Origin: Planctomycetota bacterium
Lineage (GTDB): Bacteria; Planctomycetota; B15-G4
Assembly: GCA_965248575.1 (NCBI GenBank)
Contig: CBDFJQ010000002.1
Span: 2,496,001-2,560,000, forward strand
DNA: 64,000 nt
Direction of reading: 5' to 3'
The notes under the pieces are model-generated. The model was not told the DNA's origin, made no database searches, and worked only from the letters and a program-made list of their open reading frames with translations. Positions 1 to 10,625 of this stretch are shown piece by piece (within the stretch, counting starts at the first letter, position 1; each line of letters starts with the position of its first letter). Made by a program: the position numbers and the translations under genes.

Positions 1-1
1 C

Positions 2-778
2 GACACGGGCGGCACCCGTTCCTGGGACATCATGAAGCGCCGCGTCGAGCTGCTCTTTCAACGCGAGAAGCACCTGGACGGAGACGGCAAGGGCAAGCGC
101 GGTCGGCTGCTTCGCGTCATGCAGATGCTCGACATCCTCCAGCGCCGCATGGCCGCCCAGGGACGCGAGCTGCACGTCTCCGTCGTCGGTCACAGCATGG
201 GGACCATCGTGCTCAACCGGCTCTTGGATCACGCCGACATGTACGTGCAGCCCGACCTCAAGATCGACCCCTTCAGCACCCGCGAGCGCTTCCCCGTTCG
301 ACTGCCGTGTTTCCAGAACATCGTCTATCTCGCTGCGGCTTGTAGCGTGCACGACTATGAAGCGGCGGCATTCCCCTACTTGCAGAACCACCCCGCCACC
401 AACGCCTACCACGTCATGCTGCACCCGGATCAAGAGATTCGCGAGGTGAACATCGGCGGCATTGGGCCCCGGGGATCGCTGCTGACCTGGGTCGACGAGT
501 TCCTGGCGCGGCCCAACACGCTGCTAGAACGTACGGCAGGTCGCTACGACAACCTGTTCGTCACCTTGGCTGGCACACCTGCGGAGTTGGTCGATCGTGT
601 GCATGTGCGCGTCCTGCCCTCCGAGCAAGGCAAGGACTACAAGCGCCCCAGGACCCCTCAAAGCCATGGGGACTTCAGCCAACCCCTGCGGGACTTCCAA
701 TATTGGAGCCCTGACTCGTGGCGGACGCCGGGTCTCCCTGCTCCATCCAGCGTGAGTTGTGACCACCGGCAACCCTGA
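2..778 (+). CDS. Alpha/beta-hydrolase-fold protein, 5'-truncated by window edge
   Basis: Nucleophile elbow VVGHSMG and late His (SHGDF); frame is open back to the window start. Confidence 0.65.
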   Translation, partial: DTGGTRSWDIMKRRVELLFQREKHLDGDGKGKRGRLLRVMQMLDILQRRMAAQGRELHVSVVGHSMGTIVLNRLLDHADMYVQPDLKIDPFSTRERFPVRLPCFQNIVYLAAACSVHDYEAAAFPYLQNHPATNAYHVMLHPDQEIREVNIGGIGPRGSLLTWVDEFLARPNTLLERTAGRYDNLFVTLAGTPAELVDRVHVRVLPSEQGKDYKRPRTPQSHGDFSQPLRDFQYWSPDSWRTPGLPAPSSVSCDHRQP

Positions 779-897
779 GCCCTTGTTTGGCGCGCTCGGG
801 TGCTTGCTGCCTATGATGTGCGGCTCCCGGCCGACCCCTGGCGCTCTCGACCGGGCTGACGAGTCGTCCCCTTCACCGCCTCTCCGAGCTGCTCTCC

Positions 898-2589
898 ATG
901 CCCGCTGCCCTCGCTCCCCTGCGTCTGCTCCCCGCGCTCCCCGCGCTCACCTTGCTCGCCTTCACGATCGCGTTCACGATCGCGTTCACGGTCTCCTGCG
1001 CAGCACCTGGCCCCCTGGACTACGCCCCCAAGCGCTACGAGGGCGTGGACACGTGCGAGCTGGAGGTCACGACCTCGTCGCCCGAGGCTCAAGAGTGGTT
1101 CGACCAGGGCATGGCCTTCATGTACGGCTTCAACCATGAAGAGGCCATCCGCAGTTTTGCCGAGGCCGCGCGCCTCGACCCGGACTGCACCATGGCCTGG
1201 TGGGCCTTGGCCCATGCCAGCGGCACCGATCTCAACAATGGCTACATGTCCGAGGACGACAGCCGTCGCGCCTACGACGCGTCCCGGAAGGCGGTCAGGA
1301 CGTCCGGCGACAAGCCCGCCATGGAAGCAGCCCTGGCGTACGCCGCAGCGATCCGGTTCACCTGGCCGCACCCTGAGGACCGCGGGGAGCTGGATGAGGC
1401 CTACGCCGAAGCCATGGGCGATGTGTACGAACGCTTCGGAGACCATCCGGATATCGCCACGCTCTATGCCGACTCACTGATGCTGCTGCAGCCCTGGGAG
1501 TATTGGACCGTGGACGCGCAACCGGTAGGGCGCATCCTCGAAGCGGTGTCAGCGCTCGAGCGGGCCCTGCGAACGGAACCCGACCACGCCGGCGCCTCCC
1601 ATTACTTGATCCACGCTCTGGAGGCGGGGGACCCCGCACGGGCCGAAGCAGCCGCCGACCGGCTCGCCACCCGCGTCCCGGGCTCCGGGCACCTGCTGCA
1701 CATGCCATCGCACGTCTACGTGCATCTCGGGCGCTACGCGGATTCCACGGACGCCAACCAGCGCGCTGTCGCGGCGGACCTGGCCTACTTCGCGGCCAGC
1801 GGCGAGCCCGATTTCTACACCCTCTACTACGCCCACAACGTCCACATGCTCGCCTACAGCGCCATGATGGAGGGCCGTGAGCAGGTCGCCGTGGACGCCG
1901 CCGCGCAACTGGTGCGGGACATCCCGGAGGAGTTCATCGAGCAGGAGTCGGCTTTCATCGACGGGCTCATGGCGACTCCCTATCACGTCTCCATCCGCTT
2001 CGGTCGCTGGCAGGAGGTCCTGGACGCACCCCAGCCCCCCGAGTGGCGAATCTTCTCCCTGGCCCAATGGCACTACGCCAGGGGCGTGGCGCTCTCCGCC
2101 ACGGGACGCACCGAGCAGGCGCGTGTGGAGCTGGCCGCCTTCGAGCGCATCGCCCCCACGGTGCCGGACGAGTGGCTGGCGGGCAGCAACCCCGCTGGCA
2201 TGGTGCTGCAGCTGGCTGAGGCGATGCTGCGCGGCGAGATCCTGTGGCGCGAAGGCAAGGCTGACGAGGCCTTTGAGGTGCTGGCGGCCGGAGTTGCCGT
2301 CGAGGACAGCATGGTCTACGACGAACCGCCCGGGTGGATGCAGCCCGTGCGCCACGCCTACGGCGCGCTGCTCATGGCCGACGATCGGGCCGAGCAGGCA
2401 GAAGCCGTCTACCGCGCCGACCTCACCCGTAATCGAAACAACGGCTGGGCATTGCTGGGCTTGGAACAGGCCTTGCGAGCCCAGGGTAGGGCTCAGGAGG
2501 CCACTGCCATCGCGGTGTCCAAGCAGCAGGCGTGGGCTCGTTCCGACATGAACGCCACCTCGTCCTGCTTCTGCGAACCCGCGAGCTAG
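898..2589 (+). CDS. Secreted/lipoprotein TPR-repeat protein
   Basis: Hydrophobic N-terminus ending VSC; AQEWFDQG..YGFNHEEA, HYLIH and HMPSH motifs; helical repeats. Confidence 0.75.
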   Translation: MPAALAPLRLLPALPALTLLAFTIAFTIAFTVSCAAPGPLDYAPKRYEGVDTCELEVTTSSPEAQEWFDQGMAFMYGFNHEEAIRSFAEAARLDPDCTMAWWALAHASGTDLNNGYMSEDDSRRAYDASRKAVRTSGDKPAMEAALAYAAAIRFTWPHPEDRGELDEAYAEAMGDVYERFGDHPDIATLYADSLMLLQPWEYWTVDAQPVGRILEAVSALERALRTEPDHAGASHYLIHALEAGDPARAEAAADRLATRVPGSGHLLHMPSHVYVHLGRYADSTDANQRAVAADLAYFAASGEPDFYTLYYAHNVHMLAYSAMMEGREQVAVDAAAQLVRDIPEEFIEQESAFIDGLMATPYHVSIRFGRWQEVLDAPQPPEWRIFSLAQWHYARGVALSATGRTEQARVELAAFERIAPTVPDEWLAGSNPAGMVLQLAEAMLRGEILWREGKADEAFEVLAAGVAVEDSMVYDEPPGWMQPVRHAYGALLMADDRAEQAEAVYRADLTRNRNNGWALLGLEQALRAQGRAQEATAIAVSKQQAWARSDMNATSSCFCEPAS

Positions 2590-3806
2590 GATCGGGCCAA
2601 GAGTCGGCGGCGGAGTGCTTCCAGGGCAACGGTGACGCTGCGAATCCGGATCTCTTCGCGGCTGCCACGCCAGCTGTAGGTGCGCGCCACGGTTCCCGCT
2701 TCGTCAGCGAGGCCGAGCACCACGGTGCCTACAGGCTTCTCTGCGGATCCGCCACCGGGCCCTGCAATGCCGGTGATGGACAGGGCGATGTCCGCACCGG
2801 TGCGCGCACGCTGGCCGTCGGCCATGGCCACCGCCACGGGCTCGCTCACCGCGCCATGCTCAGCGAGCACAGCCTCCGGCACGCCGAGCCGCTGGATCTT
2901 AGCCTCGTTGCTATAGGTCACGACAGCCTCGCGCAGGACGTCCGACGAGCCCGGGACCGAGGTGATCGCCCCCGCCAGAAGACCGCCCGTGCACGACTCC
3001 GCCGTGCTGACCACGCACCCGGCCGCCGCCAAGGCCTTCACCACCGCCTCGGCGTGGGTGTCGCGACCGGTGCCGAAGACCGCCGAACCCAAGCGCTCCC
3101 GCGCCGCCTGATAGGTCTCGTCCACTGCCGACTGCTTCTCACCGCGCACCGTGACGGAGAGAATGCCCTTCGATGCCGTCACCCCCACCAGGCAAGACGA
3201 GCGCCGTCGATCCATGAGTTCCGCCAGCAAGACCCCGACTTCGGACTCGGGCAGGCCACAGCAGCGCAGCGTTCGCGCGGCCACGCGCACACCGGCGCCT
3301 TCGGCATCGAGGATGGCCCGTGCCATGGGCTTGAGTTCGGAGGGCACGCCCGGGAAGCACGCGACCCGCAGCGTGGTGGTGGCGCTCACATCCCCTTCCA
3401 CAAGGAAGCCGGGCGCGGTGCCCCGCTCGTTCTCCAGGACCTGCGCCCCCACCGGGAAGACGGCCTGCAGGCGCCCATCGGCGGAGAGGACCTTGTTGCT
3501 GCCCTGGGCCTGGGCCAGGTACTCGGGGCGCTCTTCCAAGGCGAACCCAAAGGCTGCGGCGACCCCGTCGCGGGTGAGGTCGTCCTTGGTGGGCCCCAGG
3601 CCGCCGGTGACCAGGAGCAGCTGGCAGTCCTCCGCGGCGCGCTCCACAGCGCGGCGGATGTTGGCCACCGAATCACCGACGCAGGCGCTCCCCACCAGTC
3701 GGTGACCCCGCGCGGCGATCTCCTGCGCCAACCAATGCAGGTTGGTGTCCAGGATGTCGCCCGCCAGGAGCTCGTCCCCTACAGAAAGGATGCCGATCTG
3801 CACCAT
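2586..3806 (-). CDS. cinA: CinA family protein (MoCF-like domain + NMN deamidase PncC domain)
   Basis: GDELLAG..DTN, TGGLGPTKDDLT, AESCTGG, GAVS, SITGIAGPGGG motifs. Confidence 0.93.
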   Translation of the reverse strand: MVQIGILSVGDELLAGDILDTNLHWLAQEIAARGHRLVGSACVGDSVANIRRAVERAAEDCQLLLVTGGLGPTKDDLTRDGVAAAFGFALEERPEYLAQAQGSNKVLSADGRLQAVFPVGAQVLENERGTAPGFLVEGDVSATTTLRVACFPGVPSELKPMARAILDAEGAGVRVAARTLRCCGLPESEVGVLLAELMDRRRSSCLVGVTASKGILSVTVRGEKQSAVDETYQAARERLGSAVFGTGRDTHAEAVVKALAAAGCVVSTAESCTGGLLAGAITSVPGSSDVLREAVVTYSNEAKIQRLGVPEAVLAEHGAVSEPVAVAMADGQRARTGADIALSITGIAGPGGGSAEKPVGTVVLGLADEAGTVARTYSWRGSREEIRIRSVTVALEALRRRLLARS

Positions 3807-3855
3807 GGTGATGAGCTGCCTCCGGGGGCTCGCCGAGCCGGTCTCTGCCGACCCG

Positions 3856-4950
3856 CTACTTTCCGACCAGGAAGTGTGCCACGTCGCCGTCCTGCATGAC
3901 GTAAGTGCGCCCCTCGGTGCGTAGTCGACCGGAGCTGCGGATCTGTTGCTCCGACCTCAGCTCGGTGAGATCGTCCACGGAGTAGACCTCGGCGCGAATG
4001 AACGCCTTCTCGAAGTCGGTGTGGATGACGCCGGCAGCAACCGGGGCCACGTCACCTTCGTGAATGGTCCAGGCCCGGATTTCCTTGGGACCGGCGGTGT
4101 AGTAGGTCATGAGCCCCAGCAGCGTGAATGCGCTGCGCACGAGGCGCTCCAGACCAGGCTCCTCGAGCCCCATGTCCGCCAGGAACTCCGCCCGGTCATC
4201 GGGCTCCATCAGCGCCAGTTCGTTCTCGATCTGTGCGCAGAGCACGACGACTTCAGCACCTTGCTGCGCGGCATGCTCGCGCACCGCTGCCACAAGCGGT
4301 GAGCTCCCTTCCAGGTCGTCATCCGCCACATTGCAGACGTAGAGCACGCGCTTCATGGTCAGGGGCAGGTAGCGTTTGAGCACGACGTGCTCCGTTTCAC
4401 TCCACTCCTGGCTGCGCAACCAGTTGCCACCGTTCAAGCAGGCGACGGCCTTCTCGAGGCAACCCAGGTCCTCCTTGGCCTCCGCGTCCTGGCTGCGGGC
4501 CTTCTTGGCGGTCTTGTCCAACGCGCGTTCGAAAGTGTCGAGGTCGGCCATGGCGAGCTCGAGTTCGATCACGCCGATGTCACCCACGGGGTCGACGGCG
4601 CCCGAGACGTGCACCACGTCCGGGTCCTCGAAGCAACGCACCACGTGCAGGATGGCCTGGGTGTCGCGGATGTTGCCCAGGAACTTGTTGCCGAGCCCTT
4701 CGCCCTTGCTGGCACCGGCCACCAGCCCCGCGATGTCGACGATCTCCAACACGGCGGGAATGATCTCCTTCGACTCGATGTGCTGGCGGATGAGTTCGAG
4801 GCGGCCGTCTGGCACCGGCACCACACCCACGTTGGGCTCGATGGTGCAGAACGGATAGTTGGCGCATTCCGCACCGGCAGCCGTGACCGCATTGAAGAGA
4901 GTGGACTTGCCGACGTTGGGCAGACCGACGATGCCGCAGGCGAGCTTCAC
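3856..4950 (-). CDS. ychF: Redox-regulated ATPase YchF
   Basis: GIVGLPNVGKST, NYPFCTIEPN, DIAGLV, GEGLGNKFL, AGVIHTDF; GTG start. Confidence 0.97.
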   Translation of the reverse strand: MKLACGIVGLPNVGKSTLFNAVTAAGAECANYPFCTIEPNVGVVPVPDGRLELIRQHIESKEIIPAVLEIVDIAGLVAGASKGEGLGNKFLGNIRDTQAILHVVRCFEDPDVVHVSGAVDPVGDIGVIELELAMADLDTFERALDKTAKKARSQDAEAKEDLGCLEKAVACLNGGNWLRSQEWSETEHVVLKRYLPLTMKRVLYVCNVADDDLEGSSPLVAAVREHAAQQGAEVVVLCAQIENELALMEPDDRAEFLADMGLEEPGLERLVRSAFTLLGLMTYYTAGPKEIRAWTIHEGDVAPVAAGVIHTDFEKAFIRAEVYSVDDLTELRSEQQIRSSGRLRTEGRTYVMQDGDVAHFLVGK

Positions 4951-5125
4951 GGGTGTCTCCGGAAATCACGAGGAGGGCTCCGCGGGGGCTGGCTTTTGAG
5001 GCCCCCAGACAGAGGGGGCGCATTCTACGTCTGGGGCCGGGGGGAGTCGATGGGGCCCGCATCCGTAGCCGGGTTCAGCCAGGCCAGGTCGTCTCTTCGC
5101 GGCGCCGCACTCCCTGCCGATGACC

Positions 5126-5797
5126 TCAGAGCCCTTCGCCGGTCTCGCCGGGGGCCCAGGGATACTCGATGTTCTTCGCGATGGTTCCCGCCACCTCGGG
5201 CCCCCAAAGGCGCTCCGCCACGTGGAAGGCTGCGTCGATGCCGGAGCTGACCCCCGCCGAGATGATGTAGCGGCCGTCCTCCACCCAACGGCGGTCCGTG
5301 TGCACCTGCGCCGTGGGCGCCAGCTCCTTCAGGCGCTCCAGGGAGAGGTGGTGAGTGGTGGCGTGCCTGCCGTCCAACAAGCCCAGTTTGGCGAGCAACA
5401 ACGAACCCGTGCACACCGAGAGCACGGCCTGGGAACGCTTCAGCAACGCCCCGAGCTGCGCCAGGTAGGCGTCATCGTCCAGCAGGGCCCGCACGCCCCG
5501 ACCGCCAGGCACCACCAGCAGATCCACGCGTTCTACGTCGTCCATGGACACCGCCACCTGCATGGCGAGGCCGTTGCGTGAGTTGAAGACTCCGACATGT
5601 GGCGCCGCCATCCGCACGCGCGGGCGGACGTCTTCGTCGATCAAGCGCACCGCCGACGACAGGACTTCATAGGGCCCGGCAAGATCCAGCAGTTCCACCT
5701 CCGGAAAGCCTAGGAGCACGATCTCGCGCACAGTGCTGGCGTCGAAGGGGTCCCTTGGCTGGGGGACATACTGTGGGTCATGCTGTGCGTCGGTCAT
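5126..5797 (-). CDS. DJ-1/PfpI family protein
   Basis: ELLDLAGPYEV, VPGG, SVCTG, ATTH, SAGVSSGID; start placed at ATG 5797. Confidence 0.88.
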   Translation of the reverse strand: MTDAQHDPQYVPQPRDPFDASTVREIVLLGFPEVELLDLAGPYEVLSSAVRLIDEDVRPRVRMAAPHVGVFNSRNGLAMQVAVSMDDVERVDLLVVPGGRGVRALLDDDAYLAQLGALLKRSQAVLSVCTGSLLLAKLGLLDGRHATTHHLSLERLKELAPTAQVHTDRRWVEDGRYIISAGVSSGIDAAFHVAERLWGPEVAGTIAKNIEYPWAPGETGEGL

Positions 5798-5928
5798 GGC
5801 GCGGCATCCTACCGGCTCAGGCCGGCTCAGGGCGTGCGACCCCACGAGCGGGCAAGCTGACGCCGCGGACCCCGGGCCTGCGGCGCGGGGATGACCTTGG
5901 CGTCGCCCTCCTCTCCCATGCACTTGCC

Positions 5929-6630
5929 ATGCCCAGCCCAACCGACGACCGCCCTCGCTTCAGCAAGAAGACGTTCAGCTTCCTGCGCCAACTAGCGCGC
6001 AACAACACGAGGGAGTGGTTCCACGCCCACAAGACCCAGTACGTCGACGACGCCCGCGACCCGGCCTTGCAGCTCATCGCCGACATGGCGGCGCCGCTTG
6101 CGAAGCTCAGCCCGCACTTCAGAGCCGACCCCAAACCCGTGGGCGGCTCGCTCTTCCGCATCCATCGGGACGTGCGCTTCAGCAAGGACAAGCAGCCCTA
6201 CAAGACCGCACTGGGCATCCAGTTCCGCCACGAGCTGGGGCGCGATGCCCACGCGCCGGGCTTCTACCTGCACATCCAGCCCGGGGAGTGCTTCGTGGGC
6301 GCCGGCATGTGGCACCCACCTACCGACGCGGCCCGGGACGTGCGCCAGGCCATCGTCGACGACCCCAAGGCCTGGAAGGCCGCACTGAACGGCACGCGCT
6401 TCCGCCGGGAGTTCAGCCTCGTGGGCGACTCCCTCAAGCGCCCCCCGCGCGGCTTCGACCCCGAGCACCCCTGCCTGGAGGACCTGAAGCGCAAGGACTT
6501 CATCGCCGTGGCCCCGCTCGAGGAGGCTGACATCTTCGCAGCCCAGTTCGTGAGGGACCTGAGCGCGCGCTTCAAAGCGAGCGTGCCCCTGATGCGATTC
6601 CTGTGCGACGCGGTGGACGTGCCCTTCTAG
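5929..6630 (+). CDS. DUF2461 family protein
   Basis: NNTREWF, FRIHRDVRFSKDKQPYK, PGFYLH, LKRPPRGF. Confidence 0.88.
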   Translation: MPSPTDDRPRFSKKTFSFLRQLARNNTREWFHAHKTQYVDDARDPALQLIADMAAPLAKLSPHFRADPKPVGGSLFRIHRDVRFSKDKQPYKTALGIQFRHELGRDAHAPGFYLHIQPGECFVGAGMWHPPTDAARDVRQAIVDDPKAWKAALNGTRFRREFSLVGDSLKRPPRGFDPEHPCLEDLKRKDFIAVAPLEEADIFAAQFVRDLSARFKASVPLMRFLCDAVDVPF

Positions 6631-6661
6631 GTCAGCCGGCGCCGGCTAGGGAGCCATCGAG

Positions 6662-8425
6662 TCAATTGCCCTCGTCGAAAGCGAGCTCGAGGGTCGCGGA
6701 CTGCCCCGCCTGCACCTCAACGGGCTGGGAGAGAGCGGACGGAGCGTCCCTGGGTCCCGCGGAGGCATAGACCAACCTGGCCTGGTAGGTGCCCGGCGAC
6801 AGCACCGGAATCCGATACGGATGTGAGAGAAACAGGTAGTCGCGGTTGCGACCCGATCTGACTTCGCTGATTTCAAAGTACGCCCTCCCGAAGAAGGGGC
6901 GCCGCTTCCTATCTAGAAGCTGAACAACAAGTGAGCCCGTCTCAAGACCGTCTGGGCCCAAAGCGACTTCGATGCGCGACCCCACTTCGGTGACTGCGAC
7001 GGATTCAGCGGGCCGCACCTTCAGGTGGTTTCCATTGAGGAGCAACTCGAGTCGATAGTCTCCCACCGGGAGTCCGTGAATTGTGAACGCATCATCGACC
7101 ACCTCAGTCACCGGGTTGACCGAACAGCGCATCGATTGACTGTCGCTGTCCGGGACGGCGGGGTGGAGGAACACCTCGATCGAATTGAGGACCTGAGGAT
7201 CGGTCCCGTTCATGTGTGTCTCCCAGCCCGGCAGGGCCACTTGGAGAGTGCCTAACTCTGCACCTGAGGGCTCCAACACGAGACTGACCAATTCGAGTTG
7301 GTCCATGACCCTGGGGATGTACACGTCTGTTGACTGCTTCCTCATGCCCGGATAACGAGCATGGAATCGAACAGGCCCCGCCTCCGCCATCGGCCTCGAC
7401 GACATGAGTTGGATGAGGTAGGTACCTCGCTCCCTCCATGAGTGGAACAAGGGGTCGAGCAAGGCGCCCTCGAGTGCTTGAGGGGCTCTCAGTTGCACAT
7501 CGTCGTGAGTCTTGAAGGACCAAGAGGGAATCGAGTTGTAGGGAGCTGTTGAAATTGGGAGGTACCCGCCATCGAGCTCCAGGAGCTGAACGCCAAGGCC
7601 GTAGACGCACTCCACAGTCAGGGAATGAGTCGCATCGTGCTCAGCAACAGCGACGGCTCTCTGGCTCGCCACAGCCCCTTGACCGCCCGTCGTTAGGGTG
7701 TAACGTCCTGCTGGAACGCGCTCAGAAAATAAGAAGCCTCCCGCGGTATCCGTCAGAGTCGCAAGCACGGATTCGCTCTGCTCTCCCACACCGGGCACAT
7801 CGACTGACGCAAATTCAGCTGTCCCGCCTGCCGAAAGGCGAGCTCGCGCCGCTGCACTAAGTGCCTCGTCAACCGTCGGCGGGTGACCTTGCGGCCATGC
7901 GAGGACCACCATCCCCTCAGGGCCAGCACGACCATCGATCCACTGTGCTGCCCCTTTGAGTTCATGGGCAGCAGCAAGGAGGCAGCGAATGGGCACCGTC
8001 GAGCCGGTCGCCTCGGCGACCTCTCCAGCCGTGACCTCTCGAGGGAAGTACCCGTCCGCCACAACGGTCAGCCCGTGCTCCGAGACTTGCAACGTCGACA
8101 GTCCATCGTCGTCCGTCACGCCGAGGACCATGCCGTCAATCGACGAAAGGAAACGGGCGCCTGACACGGGATCGCCCAGGTCTTGATCCACGGCAAGCAC
8201 ATGAACGAGCTCGAGTCTCACCGCAGGGGCCATCCCGTTCATCGTGCTTGGATCGGGAGAGAGCCTTTCGATCGACACGCTCGTTGGTACGGACGCGGCC
8301 CCCCCCCCTCGCCCATTCGACGACGCGAGGTCTACGCCAGCATCCTCGTCTCCCACGTAGAGGACGACGAGCAAGATGGCGATGAGGAGCGTCCAGATTC
8401 CGAAGGATTTGGCTGACTTGCTCAT
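6662..8425 (-). CDS. Membrane-anchored protein with carboxypeptidase-regulatory-like (beta-sandwich) domains
   Basis: N-terminal TM helix; repeated TDxxG.F / LPxGxYxL motifs; atypical codon usage. Confidence 0.6.
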   Translation of the reverse strand: MSKSAKSFGIWTLLIAILLVVLYVGDEDAGVDLASSNGRGGGAASVPTSVSIERLSPDPSTMNGMAPAVRLELVHVLAVDQDLGDPVSGARFLSSIDGMVLGVTDDDGLSTLQVSEHGLTVVADGYFPREVTAGEVAEATGSTVPIRCLLAAAHELKGAAQWIDGRAGPEGMVVLAWPQGHPPTVDEALSAAARARLSAGGTAEFASVDVPGVGEQSESVLATLTDTAGGFLFSERVPAGRYTLTTGGQGAVASQRAVAVAEHDATHSLTVECVYGLGVQLLELDGGYLPISTAPYNSIPSWSFKTHDDVQLRAPQALEGALLDPLFHSWRERGTYLIQLMSSRPMAEAGPVRFHARYPGMRKQSTDVYIPRVMDQLELVSLVLEPSGAELGTLQVALPGWETHMNGTDPQVLNSIEVFLHPAVPDSDSQSMRCSVNPVTEVVDDAFTIHGLPVGDYRLELLLNGNHLKVRPAESVAVTEVGSRIEVALGPDGLETGSLVVQLLDRKRRPFFGRAYFEISEVRSGRNRDYLFLSHPYRIPVLSPGTYQARLVYASAGPRDAPSALSQPVEVQAGQSATLELAFDEGN

Positions 8426-8437
8426 CCCCAGAAAGCG

Positions 8438-8821
8438 TCAGGGCCCGGGATTACATGTTGCGACAGTTGTACCGCCACCTGTGCTGCCGTTGCAGTCACT
8501 GTTTACGGGGCCAGGGCAGGCAGGGGGGTCGCACGATCCCACATTTTGTTTTCCAGTGTGATCGTTCTTGACCTCCATGTGGCAGCAAATGGGTGGTGGA
8601 TCTTCCTCAGGGTCATCGCAGGTGCACCAAACCCACGCGTTTTGGGTGGACGATTGCACACAGCATTCATCTCCAGAACACTGAAGTACCCACTTACTGT
8701 TCGGCGGATCGTCGAGGCGTAGCACAGCACTGCCGTTGCATATCTCTGCGAGCAAAACCCCTCCGCTCGAAAAGAGAAGGATCGTGAGAGTCAGCAAGCA
8801 TTGCTTCATCATTAAGGTCAT
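8438..8821 (-). CDS. Small secreted cysteine-rich protein
   Basis: Signal-like MMKQCLLTLTILLFSSGGVLLA, then ~100 aa with 12 Cys; start could be 8821, 8812 or 8809. Confidence 0.6.
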   Translation of the reverse strand: MTLMMKQCLLTLTILLFSSGGVLLAEICNGSAVLRLDDPPNSKWVLQCSGDECCVQSSTQNAWVWCTCDDPEEDPPPICCHMEVKNDHTGKQNVGSCDPPACPGPVNSDCNGSTGGGTTVATCNPGP

Positions 8822-9053
8822 CTCAATTTCCCGATGAGGTGTCCAAGTTTCGACGAGCTCAGGAGGATCCCCGGTCGTCGCCTCCCCGGCGCTCATTCCC
8901 TCGGAATCTTACCCCCCGAACAACCATTCGTGTTCGAACGTGCGGTCCATAGACGTTTTCTTGTCGGACCGTCAGACACCGCGCAATGGGGCGTCGAAGA
9001 CACGAGCAGGACAGTGCGGCCCTCAGACAGGGTACTTCGCCTAGATGCTGGGG

Positions 9054-9851
9054 CTACCCATCCTGCGGCGGTTCAGGGTTTGCCCCCTGGCGCTGGCGCT
9101 CCGCCTTGCGGGACAGCAGCAACCCCACCTCGTAGAGCAGCAACATGGGGATCGCCACCAGGACCTGGGTGACCACATCCGGCGGCGTCATGATGGCGGC
9201 GAAGACGAGCATGCACAGGATCGCAACGCGTCGTGAAGACGCGAGGGTCTCGTACTGGACCACACCGGCACGCACCACGAGCCACATGACGATGGGCAGC
9301 TCGAAGACGATGCCCATGAGTAGCGTCAAGGAACGCAGGCTGAAGAAGTACTCCGACAGGGTGATGGCCGCCCCGGCCACCTCCTCGTCCAGGAAGCTGA
9401 GCAGGATCGGATAGGCCATCTGCAGCAGGACCGTGAAGCCGAACGCCAGGCCCAGGATGAACAGGGCCACGGCAAAGGGGAACGCCCGGAAGACTGCCTT
9501 GCGCTCACGCTCCAGCAGGCCGGCCGCCACGAAACCCCACAGCTCACGCAAGAACCAAGGCGCCCCCAGGAAGAGGGCGAAGGAGAGCGCGACCTTCATG
9601 GCGAAGATGAAGGCCTCCGCCGGGCGGATGAACTGCAGCTTGCCCGGGTCGGGCTGGCCGGCCTCGAGCATGCGCTCCCGGGCCCATTGGTACGGCAGCA
9701 TGACCACGTCGATGAGCGTGTCGCGGAACACGAAGCCCACGATGAACAGCAGCACGAACACGATGAATGAGCGGATCAGGCGCGTGCGCAGCTCTTCGAG
9801 GTGCTCGCGCAAGGGCATGCGTGAGGAATCCAGGCGGTCGACATCCGTCAT
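9054..9851 (-). CDS. tatC: Twin-arginine translocase subunit TatC
   Basis: MPLREHLEELRTRL, FELP, AAIMTPPDVVTQ, LLYEVG; several TM helices. Confidence 0.95.
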   Translation of the reverse strand: MTDVDRLDSSRMPLREHLEELRTRLIRSFIVFVLLFIVGFVFRDTLIDVVMLPYQWARERMLEAGQPDPGKLQFIRPAEAFIFAMKVALSFALFLGAPWFLRELWGFVAAGLLERERKAVFRAFPFAVALFILGLAFGFTVLLQMAYPILLSFLDEEVAGAAITLSEYFFSLRSLTLLMGIVFELPIVMWLVVRAGVVQYETLASSRRVAILCMLVFAAIMTPPDVVTQVLVAIPMLLLYEVGLLLSRKAERQRQGANPEPPQDG

Positions 9852-10603
9852 GGGTTCACGGAGCGGAACACGCCGCCTCCATCCAGCTCGGCGATCACGG
9901 GGACGTTGTCCACCCGTGCGCAGTCGACAAGGTCCTGTGCGAGATTCACGGCGGCTAGCTTGCGCCCGGACAGGCTGCGCCGCAACAGGCCCGGCAGGTC
10001 GTGCTTCCAACCTTCGAACAGGGCCGCTGCCGTGCGCGCGCCATCCTCCGCCTCGGCGCCGCCTAGCAGGGCCAGGCTGCCGGCGAGGCATCCCGCGGCC
10101 GCCACATCGTCAGCCGCCACGCGCCCGCCACTGCCCGCACACACCAACAGGACGCCCGGGTGCCCAGCGCCCACCAACGCCCGGGCCGTGGCCTCGGCAT
10201 TGAGGAAGCTCGCGGCCAACACGCGCCCCACAACACCCGAGGACCCGTCGCCAACACAACGCTGAACGGCCTGGGTCCCATTGGTGGTGGTGAGCACCAA
10301 CTCCCGCTCGGCGCAGACATCGCGCGTGAAGTCTCTCGGGCTGTTGCCCAGGTCGAAGCCTTCAGGTGGCAGGCCGCCCCGTTCGCCGACAAGCAGGGCC
10401 CCGGAGGCCGCCGCCAGGGTGCGTGCCTGCTCGACACCAGCCACCGGCCGGACACCAAGCGCACCGGCACCCAAGGCCGTGCAGACCACGCTCGTGGCAC
10501 GCACGACATCGATGACGACGGCAGCCACGTCCTCGGACGCCACGCCCAGGGCCTCGAGACCTTCCGGGACCAGGGACTGCGTCAGGGCGACTTCAACCTT
10601 CAC
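9848..10603 (-). CDS. comB: 2-phosphosulfolactate phosphatase family protein
   Basis: VVIDVVRATS, GERGG..GFDLGNSP, TTTNGT. Confidence 0.9.
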   Translation of the reverse strand: MKVEVALTQSLVPEGLEALGVASEDVAAVVIDVVRATSVVCTALGAGALGVRPVAGVEQARTLAAASGALLVGERGGLPPEGFDLGNSPRDFTRDVCAERELVLTTTNGTQAVQRCVGDGSSGVVGRVLAASFLNAEATARALVGAGHPGVLLVCAGSGGRVAADDVAAAGCLAGSLALLGGAEAEDGARTAAALFEGWKHDLPGLLRRSLSGRKLAAVNLAQDLVDCARVDNVPVIAELDGGGVFRSVNP

Positions 10604-10625
10604 GGCGATCAGCCGCTCGATGCAC

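Noticed and set aside
958..990. 12-bp tandem repeat (TTCACGATCGCG) in the TPR gene signal region
   Set aside because: In-frame FTIA repeat extending a hydrophobic segment; no sign of phase variation
9848..10603. comB-like gene as evidence of coenzyme M biosynthesis
   Set aside because: The family is widespread in bacteria and no other com genes are present in the window
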